Origin: Squalus acanthias
Lineage: Eukaryota
DNA length: 64,000 nucleotides
Reading direction: 5' to 3'
NCBI GenBank assembly: GCA_030390025.1
Contig: CM059432.1
Location: 84,446,001-84,510,000 of the forward strand
Shown here: piece after piece, positions 23,139 through 35,355 of the stretch
Layout: each line of letters starts with the position of its first letter
Position numbering within the stretch: the first letter of the stretch is position 1
Notes under the pieces: generated by a model
The model's database searches: none
What the model was told of the DNA's origin: nothing
The model's input: only the letters and a program-made list of their open reading frames with translations
Position numbers and translations under genes: made by a program

Positions 23139-24367
23139 CTACGATTGTGTCTTTTTGCTTTTCCGAGTGCTTCTACGAGGTGCAACCCATGTGGCTTCAG
23201 CAGAGGTAGAGGCAGGCTGCTCACTTCGCTGCTGCGACTGCTTCGACACTTTTGGCGGATGTCCTCTGGGTTTTGAAACCTGTGAGGGCCCCGCCAAAGA
23301 CTGCTCCTCCTGCAATTGTGCAGGGGCAGACTCGGCCATCGGGATCCGAGGTAGCATGTGGGGCTCTGACTGAGGGGGAGGCAATGGGGGAGAAGTGTGA
23401 GCACTTTGAGCAGAGCCCCCACTTCCATGTCCCCTCTCACCATCATCCCTCTAATGGGCCACCCGCACTTCCCTGCTAGCAAGAAGCTGGAGAGCACCTT
23501 GCTGCACAACAGTGGGGCGACGAATGGCCAAGTCTACATTGGTATCCCTCCTCGAGATGAGTTCAATAAGAGTCTGCAATCTGTTGTTCACAGCAAGCAT
23601 GTTCTCGTTCAATTGGTGCATTAGCTGCTCCTTGCAGGTGGCCATCCTTTCCATGGAACAGCACATCATCGCCATTGACTCCTCCGTTCTCTGTACAATC
23701 GCGCACATTGCGGCTGAAAAAGCAGCCAGAGCCTCATGCATTTGTTGCTGCTCCTCCAAGATCACCCTCTTTGTCGACGGCCCCTGAGGTTCAGCATCTG
23801 CATCCAGCTAAGCAGAGCTTCGAGCGTCCTGCGCCCTCTGGCGAGGAGTCTCCACTGCTGTCCCTGTCAACATCATCTGCTCTTGCTCACTTGTAATGTG
23901 TGAGACTCCAGGTGACAACACTACTCTTGCAGGTGCCCGTATCTGCACTGGTGATGGGTGTGTATGGGTCTGGTGACGGTGTACCATCAGAGAATGAAGC
24001 TTCCTCTGAGGAGTCGTCTTCCTCCTCTGGCTGGACAGTAGGGAGGGACACTTGATGGACCTGTGGGAGAGTAAAGACATGAATTATACCTCTTATGATC
24101 AGAATGTGTAACGTTACCATTATGCACATGATGGTATTTCACTGGCTGCTGACATCAGTCACCATGAGTGGCTGTTGTATGCCATGTGAGATATTTAATT
24201 CTGTCACCAGGTTGCTGGGAGGTCCCCCGCTCTCCGTCTCCCACCACCAGCAGCTCTGCCACTCCACTTATTTCGAGAGCATCCTCCTCTGCTGGCATCA
24301 AATTGTTATAGATTGGAGGGCTACCTCCTGGTCTTTCTCTCTCTTTCCTGTTCTGCACTCTCTTCTC
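23139..24367 (-). pseudogene. Harbinger Myb/SANT gene remnant A (exons 2-3; exon 1 missing)
   Basis: ccctgcag|EKRVQNRKERERPGGSPP; C-terminal AGPS...PRRSTRK like the intact gene. Confidence 0.7.
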
Positions 24368-24599
24368 CTGCAGGGAGGGACAGAAGAGAACTTTGAGTGA
24401 GAGTGATAGAATGAGTGTATGTATGGGCTACATCTGTAAAGGATGACAATGAGGGAGTGGCATGACATTGCCAAATAGCCTCCTTCTGTGGCATTACTTT
24501 GTAGGATTGCATTAGGCTGAGGTTGAGTGTCAGTGGTGGTTAGTCAGATGGGGATGTGAGTAGGTGCATAGACAGTGAGGGACAGGTGCACCTTCCAGG

Positions 24600-25900
24600 T
24601 AGGTTGGTGTGAGGAGTGACATGCAGGCTTCATTTAGGGGGAAGGTGTCATCACCCCTCAGCCAGGTTTCCATCAAGGCCATGATGTCGATGCAATCATC
24701 CATGGATGGCTAGGGTCTTGTTCACAAGTGAACGGACATTCTGGAGAGAGATGCGGAGAGGGGAGGTGATAGCTGATCCGCTGCCAGAGTCCACAGGGTC
24801 AGCACTGCAAGGGGTGAGTTGGACGGGGAGGAGATTGGCAAGATTAACCCCCAGCGGGCATGCTGGGTAGGAAGGTCAGCAAGAGAGTAGAAAGGGGCAG
24901 TTGGGGTTGCTGCTCTTAAGGAGGCAGTGACGAGTGCCTCGATGGGCCCTTCGGAGGATGCCAAGAGAGGCACAGAGGGAAGCTGTAGGCTTATCTAAGA
25001 GGGAGTCCAGCCTGGGACGGCGGCAGGAGAGTAGGAAGGTTGAAGAGTAATGAAGGGTTGGAGTAGGGATTTGGAAGGACAGAGTACCCGAGAGGGGAGA
25101 AATGAAAGGAGGCATGATGACAGGAGAGAGCAATCAATGAGGAGTAGAGAGTAAAGAAAAGGGGGGGGAGAAAAAAGTGGAAATAGAAGTGGTGGGCTCG
25201 GGTCCGGAGCAGCATGGAGCATCAACAAACTGTTGTCCAAGTTCGGCGACAGGTGTAGCGGGCAAGTAAAATCCAGAAGCTATTTGAAGGGTAGAGTATT
25301 GGAGGATGGAGGTATTTCCATGGGAATGAAGATCCAGGAGATGTGCAGAGTTGGTTGCGGGGCAGAAAGATGATGGCGAAGTTGGAGGTCACCAAAAGAT
25401 CCAGAAGCAACGGAGAAATGTACTTCGGCCCAGGCGAGTGAAACACTAGTCAGAAACCAACAAAGTTGAAAAAACAGTAGAACGAGTCAGCCAATCACAG
25501 GCTCAGCAGAGAACAGCAGTGGTGGGGAAAGGACTGTAGCTGTCCAAAGTTACTTTAAAATTTAAGCATCAGAGCAGCAGATAGAGACATAGCAGAGGAG
25601 TCTTACGGTGTAGTCCAGTGCAGAAGTGCAGTCTTGATGTCCAGAGAAGTCCAGGAATTTGGAAGCCAATTTGAGAAGAGAATTCAGGAGCTCAGTGAGA
25701 GAACCAGAGAGCAGGCATTGGGGGTTGGAGATGGGCAATGGCGGTTTAAAATAGCAGTTAATCTTGTAGTTAACTTGTAGTTAGGACTAAAATGCGCCCA
25801 CTAATAGAGCCAGGGGAACTTAAACAGTGGAAGCGAGGAGATTTGGGAGAGAAAGAGTAAAGAATGGCAGAAGGCTCCCATGGATAGAGGTGTACAATGA
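24600..25900 (-). mobile_element. L2-clade LINE fragment around the start of the ORF2 endonuclease
   Basis: Minus-strand LQNVRSLVNK and IDIMALMETWLR motifs of an AP endonuclease; boundaries approximate. Confidence 0.6.
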
Positions 25901-25939
25901 AGAGCTCTGTAGGGAGCTGCCAGCCAGGAGCCATCTTGA

Positions 25940-27710
25940 ATCCTTAGAATCCAACCACTTCGATGTGGTGCATCTGCGTAGTTTGAACAGAGGTAGAGGC
26001 AGGCTGCTCAGATCCCTGCCCTGACTGCTGAGATGCTTTTGGCCTACGACCTCTGAGTTTTGGAGCCGCTGAGGACCCCGCCAAAGACTGCTCTGCATGC
26101 ATCTGTGCGGGGCAGACTTGGCCATCGGGAGATGAGGCAGCATGTCAGTTACTGGCTGAGGGTGAGAAGTGGGAGTGCTTTGCATGGAGTTGGCACTTCC
26201 ATGTCCCCTTTCACCACCATCCCTCTCCTGGGCCAGCGCCACATCACTCCTATCACTCTGCTGCAGACCAGCTTGGTGAAGATCATTTTAAGGCCACTGA
26301 TTTAGTATCTGTCATCCTGTTTAAGGCAGCAGACATCTCCTGCACGGCCATGGTCATGGCCTGCATGGACTCATTTGAGAGCCGTGCTTGAAGCTCCATG
26401 GAGGTGACCACTCTCTCCATGGCAGATATTTTTGCAATTCCCTGCATCACCAATCCACTAACGATGGAGTTGGACTCCTCCATCCTCTCCGCTATTGTGG
26501 AGAGTGTGTGTGGCATGACTGTCAGTACCTGGCTAAGTTGCTGATGCACCTCTAGCATTCTCCTTCTCAAGGATAGTTCTGGGGTTCAGAATCTGTGTCC
26601 AGCTGAGCAGAGCTTGGAGAAGATTGCACCCCCTGTTCGAACTCTCCACAGCTATCCCTGCCACCAGTGTCTGCTTGTGCTCACTTGTGAGGTGCAAATC
26701 ACCAGGTGAAAACCCAACTAATTCTCTTAGTGGACTCACCAAAGTGTGAGTATTTGTGCTGGAGCATGGCTGTACGTCCTGTGATTGTGCACCCTCAGTA
26801 GGAATGAGGTCCTCTGAGGAATCGTTCTCATGGATGTCCTGCGACATATGCTGTACGCATGAAGGCCCTGCAAGACAAAAGAAAGGGATATGATTTAGTC
26901 GTGGCAAAGTCACAATCTTGACAATCACCCTACTCCATCTTCTCATAGTTCAATTATTAATGAAATAAAATCAGCACAGTGCGTCAGAGATACTTGTAAT
27001 TCTATCACCATTCTATGTGAGTTCCCTGTCTCTCCATCTCTGACTGAAAGGAATGCAGATGTGTCTCTCATCTCCAGGACCTCCTCTTCTGCAGCTGTTA
27101 GCTGGACTAATTGTGGTGGGCCACCTCCAGTCCTCGCCCTCTCTCTTGCTTTTTGCGTTCTCTTCTCCTACAAGGGGCTAAAAAGCAGACTTGTGAGTGA
27201 ATGAAGATCATGTATACTCCCGATGGATGCAATGCATTCGGTGAGGATTACAATGAGATAGATGCATCCCATTGCATAAGGATTGGGGTGAGTGGCAACT
27301 GTGGATGGATAAATGGGGAGATGATGACGTGCATAGAAATTGAAGTCTGGGTGCTGCTGAATGTTGAGTGGGTGTGAGAAGTGATGTGATGGAGAACGTT
27401 TAGCAAGACAGAGTGAAAGGGGGTGGGGGCTTAAACCACAGGATGTAGTTGAATCAGCAAATGTACTCAATTTTCCTGACCTGCTTAGGTCATTAAACCA
27501 CCACCGACATTGCATCCAAGACCTGGGCACAACCCTCCTGCTGCTCACCTCCTCAGTTACCTCCAACAATGCCTTTTTGGTGAGAGCCACACGTTTCTTC
27601 CTCCCATTGCTGGGGAAAAGTATGTCACTCCTGCTCCTGACTGCACCCAGCAGTAATTCCAGCAATGTGTCTTTGAATCTGGGTCTTGCCCTTGCACTAT
27701 GTGCACAATC
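25940..27710 (-). pseudogene. Harbinger Myb/SANT gene remnant B (3 exons), followed by a probable element end near 27957
   Basis: ARPRFKDTLLELLLGAV...WMQCRWWFNDLSRSGK; exon 2 ARERARTGGGPP; exon 3 similar to remnant A. Confidence 0.75.
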
Positions 27711-28394
27711 CATCGTGAACAGCTCCAATTTCCATTTGTGCATTGTCCCTTTAATAACAGCTGAGATCGCATCATGTGGTGCGCATCATGGCCCCTGCGC
27801 AGCTTGGAGATGCGAAACCCGGAAATCAAAATTAATTGATTCAATTGCGTTGCGATCGCAGATTCCGACCCGCTGAGTTAACTTCCAGGTTTCGCCCACA
27901 CAATTCCACCACCCCCCCCCACTCGGAAGCCACTTTCAGATTAATACCAGGGCCCCTGTTTCCCTCATTGCGTCATTATCAGCTTGCACTCTAAGCAAAT
28001 TAGTGGGCAAACATTTTTTGAGTTGAAGAGGGTAGGGACAAAATCTGGCCCAATGTTGCATCTGGGGGCATTGTGATAAAATATTGAATAGCTGCTCATA
28101 ACTGGTTCCATCCCCCAAATGCCAATGATTCCCCATTAACATATCTAGTTCAGAATGACAACCTTGTGGTCCAGCTTCCAACAGTACAGAGTAAATCAGT
28201 CTTAGGAGAGCATTTGCACTACATCAGTGAGAAATTTATTTTTACAGTTGTAGTGTACATGCAACCTAAATCTGAAGTCAGCTTGAGCCTAGACTTCTAC
28301 ATGGTAGAATTCGCTGACTTCGCTTTCAAACCAATGGAAAATGAGTTGCACCCAACAATGGTCTGGAGAGGTATTTAAACGAGGCTTTCCTAGA

Positions 28395-30120
28395 ACATAA
28401 TATAAGAACATAAGAAATAGGAGCAGGAGCAGGCCATTCGGCCCCTCGAGCCTGCTCCGCCATTTAATGAGATCATGGCTGATCCGATTTTGGCCTCAAC
28501 TCCACTTTCCTGCCTGCTCCCCATAACCCTTGACTCCCCTGTTGCTCAAAAATCTGTCTATCTCAGCCTTGAATATATTCAATGACTCAGCTTCCACAGC
28601 TCTCTGGGATAAAGAGTTCCAAAGATTCATGACCCTCTGAGAGAAGAAATCCCTCCTCATCTCCATCTTAAATGGGCGACCCCTTATGACCCCTCGTTCT
28701 AGATTCCCCCACGAGGGGAAACATCCTCTCAGCATCTACCCTGTCCAACCCCCTCAGAATTTTATATATTTCAATAACTCCAATGAGTATGGGCCCAACC
28801 TGCTCAACCTTTCCTCATAAGACAACCCTTCCATCCCAGGAATCAACCCAGTGAACCTTCTCTGAACTGCCTCCAATGCAAGTATATCCCTTCTTAAATA
28901 AGGGGACCAAAACTGTACGCAGTACTCTAGGTGTGATCTCACCAGCACCCTGTACAGGTGTAGCAAGACTTCCCTACTTTTATACTCTATCCCCCTTGAA
29001 ATGAAGGCCATTTGCCTTCCTAATTACTTGCTGCACTTGCATGTTAACTTTTTGTGTTTCATGTACGAGGACACCCAAATCCCTCTGTACCGCCGCATTC
29101 TGTAGTCTTTCTCCATTTAAATAATATTTTTCTTTTCTATTCTTCCTACCAAAGTGGATAACTTCACATTTTCCCACATTATACTCCATCTGCCAAATTC
29201 TTGCCCACTCACTTAACCTGTCTGTATCCCTTTGCAGACTCTTTGGGGGGAAAATTTGGTTGCTTTGCGCCTCCCGTTAGCGCCCTAAGAGGGCGCTAAC
29301 AGGGCGCAAAGCAAATAACACCCGGGCGCCGCCAACGCCACCTGCGAAATTCAGTGGGAGGTTAGCTGCGGCAGTAACCGTTAGCGCCCCGTGGTGCTGC
29401 GACATGTAGCGCTGCGATATTCCCTCGCAGCGCCCCAAGAGGGAGGCGGGGCGCTTCCAGTAGTGCCCCGCTTCCCTCTTGGGGTGCTACCACTCAATTT
29501 TGGCCACGGGGGTGCTAATTTTTCCGGGGCGCTACTTTTAGCGCCCCGGCAAAGTTAGCGCCCCAAAGGGGGCGCGACTCAATTTTTCCCCCTTTATGTC
29601 CTCCTTACAACTTGCTTTCCCACCTATCTTTGTATCATCAGTAAATTTGGCAACAGTACACTCGGTCCCTTCATCCAAGTCATTAATATAGATTGAAAAT
29701 AGTTGAGGCCCCAGCACTGATCCCTGTGACACCCCACTAGTTACAGATCCTGAAAATGACCCATTTATCCCAACTCTCTGTTTTCTGTTAGTTAGCCAAT
29801 CCTCTATCCATGCTAATATGTTACCCCTAACACCATGAGCTCTTATCTTATGCAGTAACCTTTTATGTAGCACCTTGTCGAATGCCTTTTGGAAATCCAA
29901 GTACACTACATCAACTGGTTCCCCTTTATCCATCCAGCTCGTTACCTCCTCAAAGAACTCTAATAAATTTGTCAAACACGATTTCCCTTTCATAAAACCA
30001 TGCTGACTCATTTTCCAAATGCCCTGCTACTACTTCCTTAATAACGGATTCGAGCATTTTGCCAATGACAGATGTTAGGCTAACTGGCCTATAGTTTCCT
30101 GCTTTCTGTCTCCCTCCTTT
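28395..30120 (-). mobile_element. CR1 LINE 3' portion, interrupted by a MITE
   Basis: [27 protein letters not shown]; aagaacataagaaatagg tail. Confidence 0.92.
29245..29592 (+). mobile_element. 348-bp Harbinger MITE related to the left end of 7308-11459
   Basis: TIR ggggggaaaatt / aatttttccccc; TSD TTT; shares gcgcctcccgttagcgcc.taagagggcgctaa. Confidence 0.88.
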
Positions 30121-30490
30121 TTCCTGGGTCCACTTATTTACATATCCATTGCAGTAGTGATTGGCATAAAAGCCATGTAAAATGGGAGTAATGTGCTGGA
30201 AAGCATGGAAATTAGAGTGCAGCCTTGAAAAAGCCAGTCCCAGCTGAAGTTCGCAGCACAAGACTGTGGGAGTGAGCTTGACCGGATAGGGTAAATATCC
30301 ACATGGTGCGTTGCGCCACTTTCACACCAATGGAAAAAGTTTTGCGTCTGCCGGTGGTCTGAAAAGGTATTTAAGCAAGAGTTTCCTGGGTCAGCTTATT
30401 TGTGTATCCATTGCAGTAGTGACTGACATAAATCCCGTGTAAAACAGGTGTATTCTGAATAGAAATTGGAATGCAGCCTTTAAAAAGACA

Positions 30491-32223
30491 GGCGGGGATT
30501 TTACTAACCTGGGCGGGTCTGTGGCGGGCGACGTCGGTGGCGGGTCCCGACCCTGCTGCTGGCTCCATCCCGCTCTGTGAAATGAATTTCCCTTGATCGG
30601 GCTTGTTCAGCTCGTCCAGCGCTTTTCCCGGCCAATTAGAGGAAGTGGATGACGCATCATCAGCCAGTTTCCTTAAAGGGACCACGGCCAAATTTATTTT
30701 GACAGTTGTGCTGTCAGTGTTCTACAGCATTGAGGTACAGCAAACACTGGCAATCACTGCACAGAGGTGCACAGCTGCACCCAGGCTCTCCCATGATTCC
30801 CTCCATATGCTTATGGAGGGAGTCACAGCATGCAGGGAGGTCCTCGTCCCTTCCCATGGGCAGAAGACACCTCACCAGGAATCAACACAGCCTGGTTATA
30901 CATTGCAGAGGAGGGCACAAGCAGGGATGTGGTCAGGAGGACCTGGGTGCAGTACTGCAAACGTTTCAATGATCTCAGTAGATCACAAAACATTAGTACA
31001 AAGCCACACTCAACCTCATCCTGCTGTGACTCTCATCACGTCCCCATCAATCTGCCTTTCCTACCCTACCCTACCCCTGCACATCCTTACTCACACCAAC
31101 TTATCTTGGACCTCCACCCATCTCTCTCTATCTATATTATCACATCCCCATCTCATTAGCCACCCCTCACACTCACCCTTATCCTAGTGCAATCATACCA
31201 ACTAACAACACACAAGGGTGTTTTATCCAATGTTCATGTAAAGTTTCTGTTAATGTGGTGTCAAACATTGAAACCTTTATTTTCAACACTGTGTTCTTGG
31301 ACAGATTTGTGTGCACCTTTGGAAGTGGCTTAGTGAGTTGCAGTGAATGGTGAGACATAACAGTACCCCCCGCAATGGTGATGAGTGTGAAAGGAATGGC
31401 TTGGGCATTGTAGGGATGCTTTTTGGTGTTGGTGTGGGGTGGTGCCAACCTAGCGCATCATGTGGCAACCAGGGTGTACAGCGTCAAGTGAAGTAAACCT
31501 GGCCATGGTGAGGCCATCCCTGGCCTCCCGGGCAGCAATGTGGTCGAGTGCTGATGCCCTCTGTCCTGTGCAGCCTCAGTTGATTGCGGAGAAGGTTGGT
31601 GGTGTTGTTGTTGGTGCTGCTGGTGTTGGGGTTGATCGTGGTGGAATTCTGAGGACCAAGGTGAGAGAGTATAAAGGGCACCGATGCTGATGGAATAGAT
31701 GGCTGGTGAAGTAGATATGACAGAAGCGATCTGTCAATGGTGAGAGAGGTAATGAGGTCAGACTGGATGGAGACTTGTGTAAAGACTTGCAGCATCCTGA
31801 ATCTGTAGTGGAAATGCAGTGAGGAAGAGCTTGCGGCCGAGGGAAGATATCTTTGTAAGGTGGGAGCTTTTGCTTTACATTTGAAGCTGTCAACTCATCA
31901 GCTGATTCAATGTCCACTGACCTCCCACCTCAGCTTGACAGACATGGTCCACGACCAGCGTGGACCCTGTGGGCAAGCTGTCAAATGCAAAAGTTAAGCT
32001 GAAAATCATTCTTAAGTGGCTCTAAACAAGCCACTAATTACCTGAATTGGGTCCCCCGCCGTTGCGTGTCGGGTCTGCTCAGCGCTGACAGACCCGACAT
32101 CGGAGAAAAGCGCGTGGCGGCGGGTTGACAGTAGGGTCCTGACCCGCTGGGGAACAAAAACACTTTCCCACCCGACCTACCACCGATCGCGCCAGCTGAC
32201 CCCCCCCCCGCAAAATCCCAGCC
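30491..32223 (-). mobile_element. 1.7-kb non-autonomous Harbinger (Myb exon-1 remnant on +, transposase end remnant on -)
   Basis: TIR ggcggggatttt / aaaatcccagcc; TSD ACA; RTWVQYCKRFNDLSRS; homologous to 58836-60624. Confidence 0.85.
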
Positions 32224-32981
32224 ACAGTGTTAGCTGAACACTGCAGCAACAGACTGGGCGACAAGTAGGTAAGGAAGGAGCAGTGCTTGGCTCACTCACC
32301 TGACTCACAGCTAACTTCACGGCATGTCTCAGCAATCTTTTTCTGATATTTCGCTAGAATATCTACTACAGGAGCAACTAGCACACACAGCCAAATAAGG
32401 CAGGCCATGGCACACAAGTGCAGAAGAAGAAGCTGTATTTCCATAGACTCTGATCTTTGCTGTCCTTGCTGAGTTCAAAGATCTGCATGGCTCACCCCAA
32501 GTGGCCATATTATTCCCTTTGATTATCTGTGAAATGGCTTATTTGTTATCAGAACAAAAACACAAATCAATAGACAAATATTTAGCCACGTGTATATTTT
32601 AACAAAATACTATTTCTTTCATTTCAATTAAGCACCACTCTGTGACACTTAGACTGAGGAACAACTAGTATAAACTTAAATTTACTGTGGGCTCAACAGA
32701 GGCTCTTTTTAATTCTGTACTTTTAGTGACAGGTGACCTCAGTATTCACAGCAACAAAAGACCACCTTGGAGTTATCAGCACTAATTCTCTTTGATGTCT
32801 GAATAATTGACAGGTTATTTGATACTTTATCAGATAAGACCGTTCTGTCTGAGAAAGGACAGCATATGACTGTCCATCAAATGATGTGAGCCATTTACAG
32901 CTACCACAGTCTAGCGACTTACTTGTTGGCATATTTAATGAAGGCTACTACAATGCCTAGCAATTTTGAGTTAAAGATAAA

Positions 32982-34500
32982 AGCCTTGAAATCCAATCGC
33001 GCCTATAATCAGGTGTGCAATGGGCAGGATGCCTGTTACAATTAACTCAGGCAGCATGCAATATTTGTGCTGCCCGATCATTTTAATCACACAGGCGTGC
33101 CACTACTCATTGGTTGCACCCCTGTAGTGGGGGCAGATATTGGGCGTTTATGATGCCACTTCAAGGCAGGCAGCACCTCATAATGGGTAAATGCATTCTG
33201 GCTGCAGACACCCAAGGAAACGCTTTTGGAAGTAAAGATATGGCTGAAGCAAGCGCTGAGAGAGCACCAAGGTTTATGGATGCTTCCTTGGAGGCCCTGG
33301 TGCAGGCAGTGGACAGGCGGAGAAATGTTCTCTTCCTCCAGACATCAATTCTGTTGACAGTGGGAAGAGATTGCAGAGTAAGTGAATGCCTGAAGCCTAG
33401 CACCCAGGACATTGCTGCAATGCCAGAAGAAGTACAATGATCTCACTAGAGTTCTTACTCTTGCTATTGGCTCGCACCTCTACCATTTATAGGCTCACTA
33501 ATCATTAGACTCACTATTACTCACAAGACTGTCCTCCCTCACTACCCTTCTCTCCTACAATCATACACAGATGCTGACTGAGGGGCCAGGCTACCAAAGA
33601 AGGCTGCAAGGTATCTATGAGGAAATTCTAGTTGCACTGGGCAGCCTGCCAGAGAGCTTGACTGCTGCCATGTACTCTCAGATGGCTGCTTTCTTGGCTC
33701 TGGGGATCAATGTCAACAGAGGCCTCCAAACCATCACAGCAGTCTTGCACTCTGTATTCTCACAGAGCCTTCGGAGTGCTGAGAATGGCCACGGCTCAAT
33801 AGGAGAGCCATATCTGCTCCCCCAACAGCCACTACACCAGTACCCTTGTTAGTGCCACACAGCCAGCCAGGCCAGACTGTGTGTATTGGGGATGAGCGGG
33901 CTGATTTAGGTGAAGCACTCCATGATGAGCTGGTCTCTGAGAGCTCTGGGAGGGAGGGCTCCTGCTGGTTGCTGCCTCTTATCCTCCATGGATCGTGTTG
34001 TAAGCCTGCTCTGCAGCTGTGCGTGGGTTCCTGACAGGAGTCATGAGCCATTTCCGGAGGGGATAGCCTTTGACACTCAGTAGCCAGCCTGTAACTTGGC
34101 AGGTGGTTGAAATAAAGGCAGCACAGAGGACTGGCACAGGATGAAAGAGTCATGACTGCTGTTAGGGTAGCAGGCACAAGCCTGCATGAAGCGTTGCCTG
34201 TGGTTGCAAACCAGCTGTACATTGAGGAAGTGGAATCCCTTTCAATTGATAAAGATGCCACACTGGTAATAGCGAGCACGCAAGGCTATGTGTGTGCAGT
34301 CTATGGCACTTACTCCTTGGGGAAGCCTGCCATGCAGGCGAAACCTAGTGCACGCTCGTCCTGCTCCTCCCTAGCTCAGTCAAAGCTCTTGATTTGCTCA
34401 TGGTTGGTGACCACTAGAAGCTCAGGCCTGATAGGACCCAGCTGTAGACTGCAGAATTTCAGCATCTGCCCAGTGCCTTTCTGGCACTCCTAGTACTTCT
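32982..34500. mobile_element. Highly degenerate Harbinger remnant
   Basis: MAEASAERAPRFMDASLEALVQAVDRRRNVLF and QCQKKYNDLTR Myb motifs at ~33240-33450; limits uncertain. Confidence 0.55.
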
Positions 34501-34620
34501 AATGGTCTGCGGGAGAGCAGACTGTAGGACTGATCCAACTGAAGTCCCTATCCATTCAGTCTCCCAGTCTGTCCAAGGCAGAGGAGATGGTTGAGCCCAA
34601 AGCAAGCATCGAGAGATATT

Positions 34621-35269
34621 GGGCCGAAAATTGATCCCGGGACGCGAGAGTACGCACTGCATACTCTCGCGTATTCCCACTCCAATTGCCGGTTTTCTGC
34701 ATGCCCTGCGCATGCGCTGAAAACCGGCAATTGCTCTTCCGAAAAGGGGGCGGGGCCTGGGTGCATCGCGTGCGCGCTACAGGCTGCGCGCACGCTGTGC
34801 ACTTCATGCTTTGGACGCGCAGGTAAGTAGGGAAGATTTTGGAAATGTAAAAAGGAGGAGTAAGACCCGCTTTTAAGAAGGTAAGTAGTGAATTAAGTAT
34901 TTTTTTGAATTTTTTTTTACAGGTATATCTTTTTTATAGACTTTAAAGACAGGTAAGTTTATTTTTATAACTTTTTAAAAGATTTTAAATTTTTTCAAAA
35001 ATTTAATTTTTTATTTAAAATGGTTAATTTAATTAACTATACTTATTTTATTAATGTGATGGTTTTTTTTTAATTTAATTGAGGTTTAGCTGTTATTTTG
35101 GGGGGTGTAAGATTCATAAGTCTCACAGCCATGTTGTGAGACTTATGAATGGAAGATGGTGTGCTGCCATTGGCTCTAACTGAGTCACGTGATCCCACAG
35201 CTCGCACGAATTCACTACGCCGCTGGGATACGCAAGCCCAGCACAGCTGATGTCTGGAACATCAAGTTC
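34621..35269 (+). mobile_element. Harbinger-type MITE, multi-hairpin family, copy 2 (right end lost)
   Basis: gggccgaaaattg end; colinear with the reverse complement of 11627-12379 up to ~35269. Confidence 0.85.
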
Positions 35270-35355
35270 TCTACATTCTGGAAGCTGCCTTGAAGGCAGT
35301 CCAATGCATTCAGCAATTGCTGGTGCACAGAAATAATCTTTCTTTTAAAGACTAA

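Larger units (their letters stand above)
21120..24600 (+). mobile_element. Degenerate Harbinger transposon (left end, transposase, Myb exons 3 and 2)
   Basis: ggccagaatatt end followed by convergent transposase and Myb remnants; truncated at an L2 fragment. Confidence 0.8.
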
